A program made the position numbers and the translations under genes. 49,838 bases of DNA from Nemertoderma westbladi (lineage: Eukaryota > Animalia > Xenacoelomorpha): positions 1 to 49,838 of the forward strand of contig JAUCBJ010008812.1 in NCBI GenBank assembly GCA_032718475.1. Direction: 5' to 3'. A model generated the notes under the pieces. That model saw only the letters and a list, made by a program, of their open reading frames with translations, did not search any database and was not told where the DNA came from. Of this stretch, positions 1 through 10,269 are shown piece after piece (position 1 is the first letter of the stretch; every line of letters starts with the position of its first letter).

Positions 1-582
1 AAATTCATATTTTAAATGAATTTCATAAATTGTCATTTTGTACAATTTATAACATTCCCAAAATTCCATTAATTAATAGATCATGGGAGCGGAGATTCAT
101 CCTATTGAGTGTATTAGAGTGCGAGAATCTCCAACATATAGTCAATAGCCGATAAAATTAATAAAATCATGCATAAAGAGGATATTGACAATTAAAGAAT
201 TATTATTAAATAGCATCCCAGATCTGTATGCATGAGAATTACCCTAATTCTACCGCTAGCATTCCATAATGTCACCATAGCAACACCCACACTAGAATTA
301 GAAGCAAGTTAAAAGAACAATAGAAAGCTTGTCCCATTGCATAGCATAGAGAATATAGCACACTGCTAGTATCCAAGGATACACAGTAATAATGTGACAT
401 TCTGGAAGGCACTGACTAACGGACAAATGGCCTGTATGTGTGCAGTTGGTGACAGTTGTGTGGAATTTGTGCGTTTATAGGTGAATGTTACTGCTAAAGT
501 ATGTTTACAGTAGCTAGTCGCAATTGTAAAAATAGCCCAACTCTCCTATAGAAAGAACCTAAGTGGATCCAAGCCTTTGGGA

Positions 583-687
583 CGGACAGTGGAGTGACTT
601 GTGCCGGTTATCGTTGTCGTGCTGTTGCTACATGTTGGCGTAAACACCGCGACGACGGTACATCGGCGCTGAGAATCCCACTGTCCG
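583..687 (+). other. Long imperfect RNA stem-loop upstream of the LTR-element cargo ORFs
   Basis: CGGACAGTGG (583-592) pairs with CCACTGTCCG (678-687). Inside, GTGCCGGT and TATCGTTGTCGTGCTGTT pair with ATCGGCGC and AACACCGCGACGACGGTA; most deviations are G-U wobbles on the + strand. Confidence 0.6.
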
Positions 688-766
688 GGGGCAAAGAGAA
701 GTAGGCAGCGACGCCCGCTCGCCTAAATATAAACTTATTTGATATTAATAAACTCAGATAGCAGAT

Positions 767-1987
767 ATGACGGAGTTGATAGAAGATGATCTTGGTATTA
801 GGGAGCGATATACTCTACCTTTACAAGCATTTGTGGATAGCTTAATACGCGGTGAAGCCGATCCAACCATTACGGAGGACGATGGTCGTTATATCGAACC
901 GCCGATGTCCCAAGAGCAACTTGCGCGTGAATTGGACTATCGAAAATTCACCACTCGCTATACGAATCGTAATGGTACGTATATGGACTTCTTAACGACC
1001 GGCCATCCTATCGATTTACATGATACTGACGATGTAGATACAGAGAGGGAAATGGTTCTATTTAAATATAATACACAGCGGAGTCGTAACGATAAACCGA
1101 GAATAGATCACGAAAATTCTATTCGTAATAGACTGGAAAGAGAAAACGTTGAAGAACCAGATAAACGCATCGACTTCAACGAATACCTAGAATTTTTGAG
1201 AGAAACCTATCTCAACATCGCTAGTCAGCAGAACTTAGAGACTCGATATCCTCAAGGTATACATCACGACCCTGTGGTAGAACTCAAACGGCTCTATTTC
1301 ACTATGATGTATCTTACCGCCGATCGTCCACTACCTGTTATCCCGGATAGTTTTGAACAAATGGAAGAATATTGCAAAACTGGAGAACGTTCACCCGCGT
1401 TTCCTCTACAGGATGTACGTCTTTGGTATTATTGTGACGAATGCCCTAGACCCAACCAACAAACTGAAAGACACAAACATCCGCGGAGACGTTGCGCTAA
1501 ACATAGTTTTACGCGTTACACTTACGGGAGTTTCGAGCGAAACCTGTTCGACGTACCACCCACGATCGCTCGTCTTAAACGATCACTGAATAAACCCATG
1601 ATCAGAGTTCCGGAATACTCGGTCAGGCCTCCTCATTCCCTAGTGAGACCTCAAACTCTTGATCCTAACAGTATCACTGATCCTCCCGAACTATATTCCC
1701 TGTTCAAAGACTTAGTGTTACCCGAACAATTAATCGGTGGTGCTCCGGTAGTGGGTTCGTTAGACATCCGCCCATCCTACTTAGCCGGATTGGGACGCGG
1801 GCAGCTAATATCGCCCTTTGATCCTTACAATCGTCCAGGATTAAACCCGATGCAACCCGCCACGGAAGTCGAGGAGAGCGTTATAAGAAACACTTTAGAC
1901 GCCATTCGACAGAAAATCGGAAAGGGAACACAAGATTGTTTAGAGAAACGTAAATTACAACAACAAGTCCAATCGGTGAAGGAGTAG
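767..1987 (+). CDS. Uncharacterised 406-aa ORF inside a putative LTR retroelement; possible Cys/His zinc-binding motif
   Basis: Long uninterrupted ORF with protein-like composition; CDEC...HKHPRRRCAKH motif; upstream of the exonuclease ORF and 3' LTR. No family recognised. Confidence 0.6.
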   Translation: MTELIEDDLGIRERYTLPLQAFVDSLIRGEADPTITEDDGRYIEPPMSQEQLARELDYRKFTTRYTNRNGTYMDFLTTGHPIDLHDTDDVDTEREMVLFKYNTQRSRNDKPRIDHENSIRNRLERENVEEPDKRIDFNEYLEFLRETYLNIASQQNLETRYPQGIHHDPVVELKRLYFTMMYLTADRPLPVIPDSFEQMEEYCKTGERSPAFPLQDVRLWYYCDECPRPNQQTERHKHPRRRCAKHSFTRYTYGSFERNLFDVPPTIARLKRSLNKPMIRVPEYSVRPPHSLVRPQTLDPNSITDPPELYSLFKDLVLPEQLIGGAPVVGSLDIRPSYLAGLGRGQLISPFDPYNRPGLNPMQPATEVEESVIRNTLDAIRQKIGKGTQDCLEKRKLQQQVQSVKE

Positions 1988-2274
1988 CCTTGCCACAGTT
2001 CGATAGAGAAATTCAAAACCTCGAGGAAGACATCGAGCTTGGACGCACGTATTCTCTACAAGAATTTTTAGATGAACGCTTACAGAGACAAGCGGAAGAA
2101 AATCTACTCGAAGAGAAACACACGAAACTGGAAGAGAGAGAGGAAGCCGCTTTAGCCCAACCGGAAGCTCAAATCCTCATGACGGACCTCTACTCTAAAA
2201 CCGTATCGTCATCCCTCGATGATTCCACATTTCGGGGACAAGCTCTTCGCGACGATACAACCTCAACCGGTTGA
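1954..2274 (+). CDS. Short acidic coiled-coil-like frame bridging the two long ORFs (possible frameshifted segment of one polyprotein)
   Basis: Open from 1954 to TGA at 2274 and overlaps both neighbours; heptad-like E/L/Q-rich sequence (EIQNLEEDIE...LLEEKHTKLEEREE); no early ATG. Confidence 0.35.
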   Translation: MTTTSPIGEGVALPQFDREIQNLEEDIELGRTYSLQEFLDERLQRQAEENLLEEKHTKLEEREEAALAQPEAQILMTDLYSKTVSSSLDDSTFRGQALRDDTTSTG

Positions 2275-5020
2275 TATCAGTATAGGATCACAAAATCTTA
2301 TCGCTGACGCCCCTATGTTACAGCGTCCGCCGATCGAGGCCGCTCGTGTTGACGGTATACTCGTTGAACCTCCGGACAATCGAGCGGATCTTGTCCGTCG
2401 TATGGTACACGATGTCAACATACGCGCTAGACCTTTACAGAACTCGTTTTATGGGATTAAAGACCACCCTTATTACGTTAATCTGACTCAATATTATATG
2501 GTAAAACCAGAAGACCCGACGCATAATTTAAAGTTTCTACCACTAATAAATCCTCTAGACATTGTCGAACTCGAGCAATTGCAGAAACATCTGGATCAGT
2601 TAGTAAAGGTAAACTCATTTAGAAAACCATATAACATTTCTCGAATCGAGAAAGATATAGAACCTCCTTATAATCTCGATGGATTTATTAAAACTCGATT
2701 AGTCCATTGGAATCTAGATGTATTATTTGAAGAAGAGAAAATACAAAGATATGGAAATGTGGAGACGTATACCACTCGGCATATGAAGTATAGTGATCTC
2801 CCTGACGCTAACCAATGCGCCACCTTGTGGCATCCAGTAGGGATGACCCTAGAGAACGCCACCAAGGAGTGGAATGAAACTCTTAATGTTATTGAGATGT
2901 ATGGAGTTGTCACCTATGATAATGAAGGTAGCGTTCCGGTCGGAGAGCTAGGAACTACGCGCATGATCCACATACGCGGATTAGCTGGTTCTACCCACGT
3001 GTTTACGCGAGCGTGTTCCGACGTGATTGATTATTCTTTTGAAACTCTCACCGAAACACAAAAGAATCTCCGACATGGACAATTCGAACTCGCGCAGCGT
3101 TACGTCATTGACACCGAACGCAAACCGGCCATGGGCATCGATGGATCGATGTTACCCCAGCCCGTACTCGAGATGTTGTTCAACGAAAGAATCCTTAAAA
3201 TCGGCTCAGCTGTTTATGGAGATCTCCAAAACGACTTTCGGAATATGGAGAACATTCCATACCCTTTCGTTGATACTCAGCTGATTGCTCCCTGGGCAGA
3301 AGGTCGAGGTTTCTTCCGCACCATGTATGCTAATACGTCTAGCAACATTACAAAGGTGCAACGAACTTCCATCGGACATCTTGCCTTTCAGGAATACGGA
3401 TGGAATTTCAAAGTCGGAAATCCCATTAACTATCAACAAGTATACGGAGACCATTATTCTCGATTATACTTTGATGGACCATTGACCGCACCTGGCGCTG
3501 TGTATAGCTTCATGAGTGTTCCACTCCGTCCCTCCTTAGCTATATACACGATCTTTGAAAACACCGCACTTGCCGGTTGGCTAGCCGATGTGTGCAGTCG
3601 TACTATACGCGCCCATCCATTAATACTTGGGACCAAACTCGCTAAGCTAGATGAACATAATAAATTCATCCGTTTCGAATGTTTCCGGCGATTTTTAACC
3701 CCGTTTCGCAACGTAGATAGCCAATTTAAAGACCGCGCTTTGACCAAACTCAGCCTAAGAAACTCAGCTGCAGAGAAGTTGGATAGCGCTGGATTCGCCA
3801 TTTTCCAAGAGATTTGTATATCGAACTTGCACTCCTCAGTTATACAAAGACCTCGAATCCCCACCGGTTATTCTGTCGTGGAAATTCAGACAATAGGTCC
3901 ACCTGAAGAGACAGACACGCCCACCTCAGCTATGCATTTGGAAGACGAACCAATATGTCTAGAATCTGAGGAGATTCAGCCTATCGCACCCCGGAACAGC
4001 GACAACGATTACATCATAGAATGGTATCAAGGTCCACAGTGTCTCACTGCGTACGATTATCGACACGCCAACTATGTTTCTAGGCAACGTTGTCGGTTAT
4101 GCGCATCGAGAGACCACGATACGCTCATGGACACCAACGTCCGCTGTTCCTATTTCCAAGAACAACCGACTATGGAAATTTATTGCGCATATTGCAGACT
4201 CAATAACTTGCATATCTTTGCGGTTTGCCCTCAATTTATGACTCAATGTCACCATTGTCAACTAAAGGGACATGCCAGTTTCGACTGCCCTTTTAATCAC
4301 GATTTGGAAAGCGTAGATGAAATGATCACACTACGTTACATCAGAGCTTGGGAAGCGAACGCTGATTTACATTGTGATTCGCGCCATCGCTATTATCCTG
4401 GACGCGCTTACGAAGGAGTTTATGCGTTCCATCCTTATCTATTCGCTTCGGTTGAACAGAAATCACGCATATCAAGTTACGAGCTACTGAAGCGCGTTGG
4501 AGAATGCATTTCAACCAAATTCGTACGCAAATTTCTCAGGAGTGTTAATCCTAGCGACCTTCATTCCTATAACTTAATCAATTATATCCGTCAGGATCCG
4601 GACTATGGAGACTTGTTTGTTAACTCACACCCCGAGTTACAGGAAGTATATCGACGGCCTTACGAATACCGAGCCCGCGAACACGAGTTGGAAAGGACCA
4701 TTAAACCCCGGAGGTTTCTAACTGCCTATGGTCCACCCACGGCCCTTGTTCAGACCACTCGTAAAGGACCCGTAAGAGCGGCTGTCTTGAAACGAGCTCT
4801 CAAAGCCGTTAGACCCCTCTCCCCGGACGTTGATGTCAATCAACCCGGTACTTCGACTGGCGGATACACCGACCATAATCCTACACCCTCTGATGCAATC
4901 ATATTGAACCTTTCACCCAGGAGTTATAGCCCTCCTTGTAAAGTGGCTCGCCCCAAAGAGAAAAGGACTCTGGCTAGCTTTAAAAAACTGCGTAAACGCC
5001 GTCCGCGCAAGAAAGACTAA
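2219..5020 (+). CDS. 933-aa protein: DEDDy (DnaQ-like, WRN/EXD/Mut-7-type) 3'-5' exonuclease-like domain, CCHC zinc knuckles and basic C-terminal NLS-like tail
   Basis: ExoI-like VVTYDNEG (D 2918, E 2924); ExoII-like LPQPVLEMLFNERILKIGSAVYGDL (D 3221); then FVDTQ and SIGHLA; ExoIII-like PLRPSLAIYTIFE (Y 3545, E 3557). Knuckles CRLCASRDH, CAYCRLNNLHIFAVC and canonical CHHCQLKGHASFDC (4091-4288). Ends KKLRKRRPRKKD. Confidence 0.7.
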   Translation: MIPHFGDKLFATIQPQPVDISIGSQNLIADAPMLQRPPIEAARVDGILVEPPDNRADLVRRMVHDVNIRARPLQNSFYGIKDHPYYVNLTQYYMVKPEDPTHNLKFLPLINPLDIVELEQLQKHLDQLVKVNSFRKPYNISRIEKDIEPPYNLDGFIKTRLVHWNLDVLFEEEKIQRYGNVETYTTRHMKYSDLPDANQCATLWHPVGMTLENATKEWNETLNVIEMYGVVTYDNEGSVPVGELGTTRMIHIRGLAGSTHVFTRACSDVIDYSFETLTETQKNLRHGQFELAQRYVIDTERKPAMGIDGSMLPQPVLEMLFNERILKIGSAVYGDLQNDFRNMENIPYPFVDTQLIAPWAEGRGFFRTMYANTSSNITKVQRTSIGHLAFQEYGWNFKVGNPINYQQVYGDHYSRLYFDGPLTAPGAVYSFMSVPLRPSLAIYTIFENTALAGWLADVCSRTIRAHPLILGTKLAKLDEHNKFIRFECFRRFLTPFRNVDSQFKDRALTKLSLRNSAAEKLDSAGFAIFQEICISNLHSSVIQRPRIPTGYSVVEIQTIGPPEETDTPTSAMHLEDEPICLESEEIQPIAPRNSDNDYIIEWYQGPQCLTAYDYRHANYVSRQRCRLCASRDHDTLMDTNVRCSYFQEQPTMEIYCAYCRLNNLHIFAVCPQFMTQCHHCQLKGHASFDCPFNHDLESVDEMITLRYIRAWEANADLHCDSRHRYYPGRAYEGVYAFHPYLFASVEQKSRISSYELLKRVGECISTKFVRKFLRSVNPSDLHSYNLINYIRQDPDYGDLFVNSHPELQEVYRRPYEYRAREHELERTIKPRRFLTAYGPPTALVQTTRKGPVRAAVLKRALKAVRPLSPDVDVNQPGTSTGGYTDHNPTPSDAIILNLSPRSYSPPCKVARPKEKRTLASFKKLRKRRPRKKD

Positions 5021-5090
5021 CTGTTTAGAGTATTTACGTATATTAGAAACTGTGATTTTTGTATATTTTATAGACTCAAATCCCATTTTC

Positions 5091-5099
5091 TGGGAGCGG
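5091..5099 (+). other. Putative polypurine tract (PPT) of the LTR element
   Basis: TGGGAGCGG directly abuts the TGT start of the LTR at 5100. Confidence 0.5.
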
Positions 5100-6681
5100 T
5101 GTAAAAGCTTCTGTGGGATATAACTGGCCCTTTTGCTTCGCAATCCAGTTTCCCCCCTAGACGCTGGAATACTCTAAAAGGCTCTATAACTATATATAAT
5201 TTCCCCTCGCCCGCAAGGTACCGTTATAGGTGTTTTAACGGACATAAAAGTCATTCTGCTATATACGTGTTTTGGCGGACATGGTGAGGCAAAAAACCTG
5301 CAATGCACCAAATACCTTTACACAGCTTAGCCTTGATGATTCATATTACGACATCTAGCAGCTGGTTGCTGGCATGGAAACAGCCATTGGGCGCATGGTT
5401 CTTTGTTTGGCTTGAGCCAATCAGAGCGATTTTTTCTGTCGACGTGTAGATATTCGGCCGATCATACTAGGAGTGTTCAGTCTTACTTTTTTCTGGATAC
5501 TTTGTGTTGTTGCTATCTAGGCCAGGAACACCGGCTCTAGAGTCAATTCGTTTTCATACTTTAGAAGAAACATTAGTAGGCTTAAATTATAGAGCGTATA
5601 ACTGTTATCTTAACAACTCACATCATATATCAATTCATATCAACTTGTTTCTATTCTTGCATTATCGGTTCAACATACATTATTATACTGCTATTTACTG
5701 TTGTGTTTTGGTTGAATATTATTTGGAGAACATATATAAAGAACCCAAATTTCCCAATTTTCTTGATACACTACAGGTTAGAGAGACGGGTTATATACAG
5801 CGATTGCGACTTATATTATTGTGTATGTAGTGAATTTAATGCTATTTGATAAGCACTACATTGGTCCGTTGCTGTTCTCTTTATATATGATAAAATTCAT
5901 TGACGGTCGGCAAATTAGTGAGCAGTATTGTGTGTTACCGGTAGTGTGCCTGATTGTGATTGATAACTAAGCATTTCCTAAAGAATGCGCCTCATACGTG
6001 AATCATAAGCCTTACCGACTTACCGTTGTGATTAGTATAAGTCATATCTCTGTTTACCTAGATAGAGCGCCACGTCCTAAAGGAACTGTTAATATTTCCC
6101 GAAAGTGAATAATATTAGTCAGAAATTATTTATTAATGATCAATCGAATAATACAATACAGTAAGCTTACACTGCAATAATAATCTAAGCCCTCAGAATC
6201 CAGTCTCCCGGGTATATCCAGCGGGTGAATGGACGCGCACTAGGCTGGCTTCTGCTAATGTTGTGTTTATTGGTATTAAATATTTGTAATCTTCTAAAGT
6301 CTATTTATAAACCAAAAGACATATAAATTTTGGCAGGTTAAACTGCTAAAGGTCTTCAAAAGCGCGTACAGTCATAACTCTGTTTACATACTTAGAGCGC
6401 CACGTCCTAAAGGAACTGTTAATATTTCCTGAAAGTGAATAATATTTGTCAGAGATTATATTAACGATCAATCGAATAGTACAGTAAGTCTACACCGCAA
6501 TAAGGTCAGAGCATCCGAATCCAGTCGCCCTTAACCGTGGGTGAATGGTCGCGCATAGGCTGGCTTCGGCTAATGTAACTTTATGTGTATCAAATACTTG
6601 TTATAGGCTAAAGTCGATTTATAACCTAGAAGACACCTAAAATTGGCAGGTTAAACTGCTAAAGGTCTAAAAGCGCGAACA
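5100..6681 (+). mobile_element. 3' LTR of an LTR retrotransposon (BEL/Pao-like by termini), with its 3' ~320 bp present twice
   Basis: Starts TGTAAAAGCTT; ends GCGCGTACA (6370) and again GCGCGAACA (6681). Homologous in reverse complement to the TSD-flanked solo LTR at 35697-36793 (shared CCAATCAGAGCG, GCGCCACGTCCTAAAGGAACTGTTAATATTTCC, GGCAGGTTAAACTGCTAAAGGTCT). Confidence 0.8.
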
Positions 6682-7374
6682 GTCATGCTGCTGTGCCGGT
6701 ACCGATATAGGCCTATCCACTTCTTGCCTACCTACCGGCATGTACTCCGCGACTTCCGGATCTAATCCCGTCGTTTGCGCTATCTATCGCCTACACTATC
6801 TCTCCCAGCATGGCCTATAATAGTATGTGCAGTAAGGCCTACAGTATGTCCTGCAGTCTGCATGTGCCCTTCCGAACCGATGTTTAATATTCTCAAATCT
6901 CCCCGCGACTACCGTACTCTCGATTGGCAGCTATATCCCGTCGGGAAGTTTCTCTTCCAATCCCCTCTCCTGTTCTCGTCTTCGTATCGGCTATGCCCTG
7001 TACCCCTCTCCTGGCGTGCGGTGCGTTTCTCCGGGGCGACGGCAATCTCCCGGAGTTCGACCCCACTGACTCCCTAACTCCATCTCTACTATCGACGGCT
7101 CGCTATCCGTCCTCGCTCTCCGGTTGCTCCTAGCAACGATTTTTCTATTATTCTTCACTTCTTTTCTCTTCGACCTCTCGGTTAAACTCTACTAATCTTC
7201 TTTTCTCTTCTGACTGGGCTCGACGTCTCGTCCCTCGCCCGCTCTCGGCGCTAACATCTGTCTCTACTCTGTCCGCCTGGACCCTCCTGGGGATACTCAG
7301 TCATCCCCCTACTATTCTCCGTCGTCGGGTGCCGCGGTTCACCTATCTCGCCCCGCGCATTATCCGCCGACGCC

Positions 7375-7980
7375 TGTGGGACATTCTCTGCCCCCCCCCC
7401 CCCCCGCCCCCCTCTCGCTACTAATCTCTCGTGGTGGGGCGCCCGTAGCCCCCCCCCCCCCCCCCACCCGCTGCTTCTTACTTCACTATCTCTTACCTCG
7501 CTTCTACGCCCCTCTTGCGGGGCATTCTCTGCCCCCCCTCTCTCACCACTAATCTTCTGTGGTGGGGCGCCCATACCCCCCCCCCCCCCACTCGCCACTT
7601 CATACTTCACTACCTCTTACTTCACTTCTACGCCCCTCTTGTGGGGCATTCTCTGCCCCCCCCCCCCCCTCTCTCGCCACTAATCTTCCATGGTGGGGCG
7701 CCCGTAGCCCCCCCCCACTCGCCCCTCCTTACTTCGCCACCTCTTACTTCGCTTCTACACCCCCTCTCTAGTCGACGCACTGTCTCTACTGCGGCTGGGT
7801 CTACTCACCCCCGCCTCTCCCTGTGCAACTGCGTGGCCTGGCAGGCTCCCGTCGGGTTGACCCACCCCCGCTACTCCCTGCCTAACTACGTGGCCTTGCA
7901 GGCTCCCGTCGGGGTCTCGCACCCCCGCTACTCCCTGCGCACTAACTAGCGTGGCCTTGCAGGCTCTCGTTGGCCGGACC
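7375..7980. repeat. GC-rich tandem repeats with poly-C runs (three ~125-140-bp units, then about three 60-bp units)
   Basis: CATTCTCTGCCCCC...ACTAATCT...GGTGGGGCGCCC recurs near 7380, 7520 and 7645; CACCCCCGC...GTGGCCT.GCAGGCTC recurs at 60-bp spacing from about 7805. Confidence 0.8.
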
Positions 7981-8289
7981 ACCTGTGTCTCCTAATTATT
8001 ATTAATAGCCCCGTTATCAATATTATTATTTAAATTATTTAAATTAGAATTATTATTATTTTCTAAATTTAAATTATTATTCGAATTATTTATTATATTT
8101 GAATTTAAAGTTATTCGGTTATTTGGATATTTTGAATATTTGAATTAGAATTATTATTTTGTATATTTAAATTAATATTATTATTTGAATTATTTGTATT
8201 TAAATTAGAATTACCGGATAAAATATTATTTCCTGCAACGAAAGTTTGATTAGGGTTGTCTACTACGGTACTATTAATATTAATATCTT

Positions 8290-9660
8290 CTAACGTATTA
8301 TTATTACCCCCCCCCCCCCCCCCCCGCTACGGTTACACCAGTTCTGGTTCTGTCGCCCGGTGCCTGTAAGTGGGGTATTAACAAACGTTTCCACTACTTC
8401 TGGCTCCTCGTAAATACTACCCGAGCCAGCCTCACTCTCTGATAGTCCCAACTGCGCCAGTTCTAGTCGGCGCTTCTGTTTGGCCTGATACTGCATAAGC
8501 CCCCTCAACCATGCAGAGCGTGCATATCATCCCGCACACGCTTTCCCGCTCTCTCTCTTTCTCTATCCTCTTGCAAACTCTGGTCGCCTACTCTGTTTCT
8601 CTCGCCACCCGCTACTCTGACCCTCGCTTCTTGCTCTCTATGCTCGTTCATCGCGGTCCTCTCTGCCCTCTGCTTTACCTCCCTCTCCTCTCGCTAACTC
8701 TATATTCATTCGTCTCTCTCTCCACCCTCGCTGCCGCTCTCATTTCTCGTTCTTTGCGACTCGTTCTCTACTTTCAACTCGTCTCTGGTCTAGCGCCGCA
8801 ATGTCCAACTGACACGCCAGATCTATCTCCAACACCCTTCTTGCTTTTGCGGAGGATGTAGCGGACTTGTCGGTCGCGACGGACTCCCGTCGCCTCTCTG
8901 TCCTACTAACTTTCCCCCGCTTTCCGGGGTTCTCGCTAACCGACGAGACCGAATCCTCGGAGTTAACCTCGGATTCGCCCTCGTGCGGGTCTGCCCAACC
9001 CACTAACTTAATTCCCCTAGCATCCACTAAATACGGCCCTATGTACACTATTTGGGGCTCCATTATCCCGGACCGCCACAGTTCAAATAGTTCGGTGGCG
9101 ACCCCCCTCGCTCTCTCACTGGCTAGTTCTCCCTGCCCGAAGCGAACTAGGTATTTAAAGTGTTTGTTCGACTCACCTAGTCGCTGGTTTAACTTCCCTT
9201 GATCTACCTTTGCTCCTTCTCTGGCCTCTTTGAGCTGTCTTCTTCGTCGCGTTGTAGGCTCGTCGGAGCCGGTCACTGGTTCCGACGTCCTCGTCGCCGA
9301 CCTCTCCTCCTCCCCTCCTGGTTCGGCGTCGTACCGGCGGCCCCACCGTCGCCGTTCCGGTGGGCCGTCCATCGCCCTCGGCCTGTGGCTGGCCGGCGAC
9401 ATCGGTACCTCGACCGCCGTCGTGCGTCGACTCCTCCCCTCCTCTCGTCTCGTGGTAGACGGCCGCCCTCCGCTTGGGTTGCCGGATCGTCTCTCTCCGG
9501 CGAATCCGGCGTTGCGGGTCGATACCGTCGCGTCGCGGCCTCGCGGATCGTTAGGTTGTGTTCGTCCGGGGTCCGCGGCGGTGTCCTCTCTCCCTCTATG
9601 TCTCGGGGCTCTCGCTGCTCATCTTTTAACGTTCTCTGGTTGGCTGGCAGTCACAGTTGT
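8290..9660 (-). pseudogene. Degenerate GC-rich coding-like region, possibly a gag-like remnant of another retroelement
   Basis: Broken minus-strand frames (8740-9402, 8290-8508) with charged, coiled-coil-like stretches and strong purine skew in an AT-rich background. No diagnostic motif. Confidence 0.25.
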
Positions 9661-10159
9661 CTAGCACTGGTTTTCAGGCTGGTGATTTGTACTGTGACGG
9701 GATCAAAGGATCCCGACCGGTTTGATTTAGTTACGCGTCAGCACCGTGTGATGGGAAAAGAGATAGTTTGTTGTTGTTCCAATGATATTGATATAAGATA
9801 ATGATGTTAATGAGATATAGGATATGACAGCACATAGCAGTATAGATGACAGTATACCGTTAATGATAATATATGTGGTGACGGCGGTGACGGTACGAAA
9901 TGTCACCGTACTGCACCTGAGTGACTGAGTAAACTGAAACCGAACAGTAGCCGGATAATATATATTAGATTATCTACTACTACTTGGCCTTGTACTTAGC
10001 GGATGCACTCTCCCTGCTCTCATTGGCTGATAGCCCACTTCTCGCCTCTCACCTCTGTGGGAGTGCTCTCCCCCCCCCCGCTGCTGTTACTTTCCCTCTC
10101 CAAGAGGTTTGACCTATAACCTCTTTTGTGTGGGCTCTTTGGGGGTGTGTTGTCCCCGT

Positions 10160-10209
10160 TATTGGGGGTGATACGAGGTTGATTGTAATCAACCTCGTAC
10201 TCCCCAATA
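10160..10209. other. Near-perfect palindrome/hairpin
   Basis: TACGAGGTTGATT-GT-AATCAACCTCGTA, extended by TATTGGGG/CCCCAATA. Confidence 0.7.
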
Positions 10210-10269
10210 TTGCTTAAAGGCGCCACTTCCCAACTTTATGGGGTTGGTGAGGCGGAATTGAATCCGCTC

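Noticed and set aside
2219-5020. Ordinary gag protein because of the CCHC knuckles
   Set aside because: Sits immediately before the PPT/3' LTR rather than after a 5' LTR/PBS, and its core matches exonuclease motifs, not a capsid.
10218-10226. Minus-strand TGGCGCC as a tRNA primer-binding site
   Set aside because: The match is only 7 nt and no adjacent LTR end was identified.
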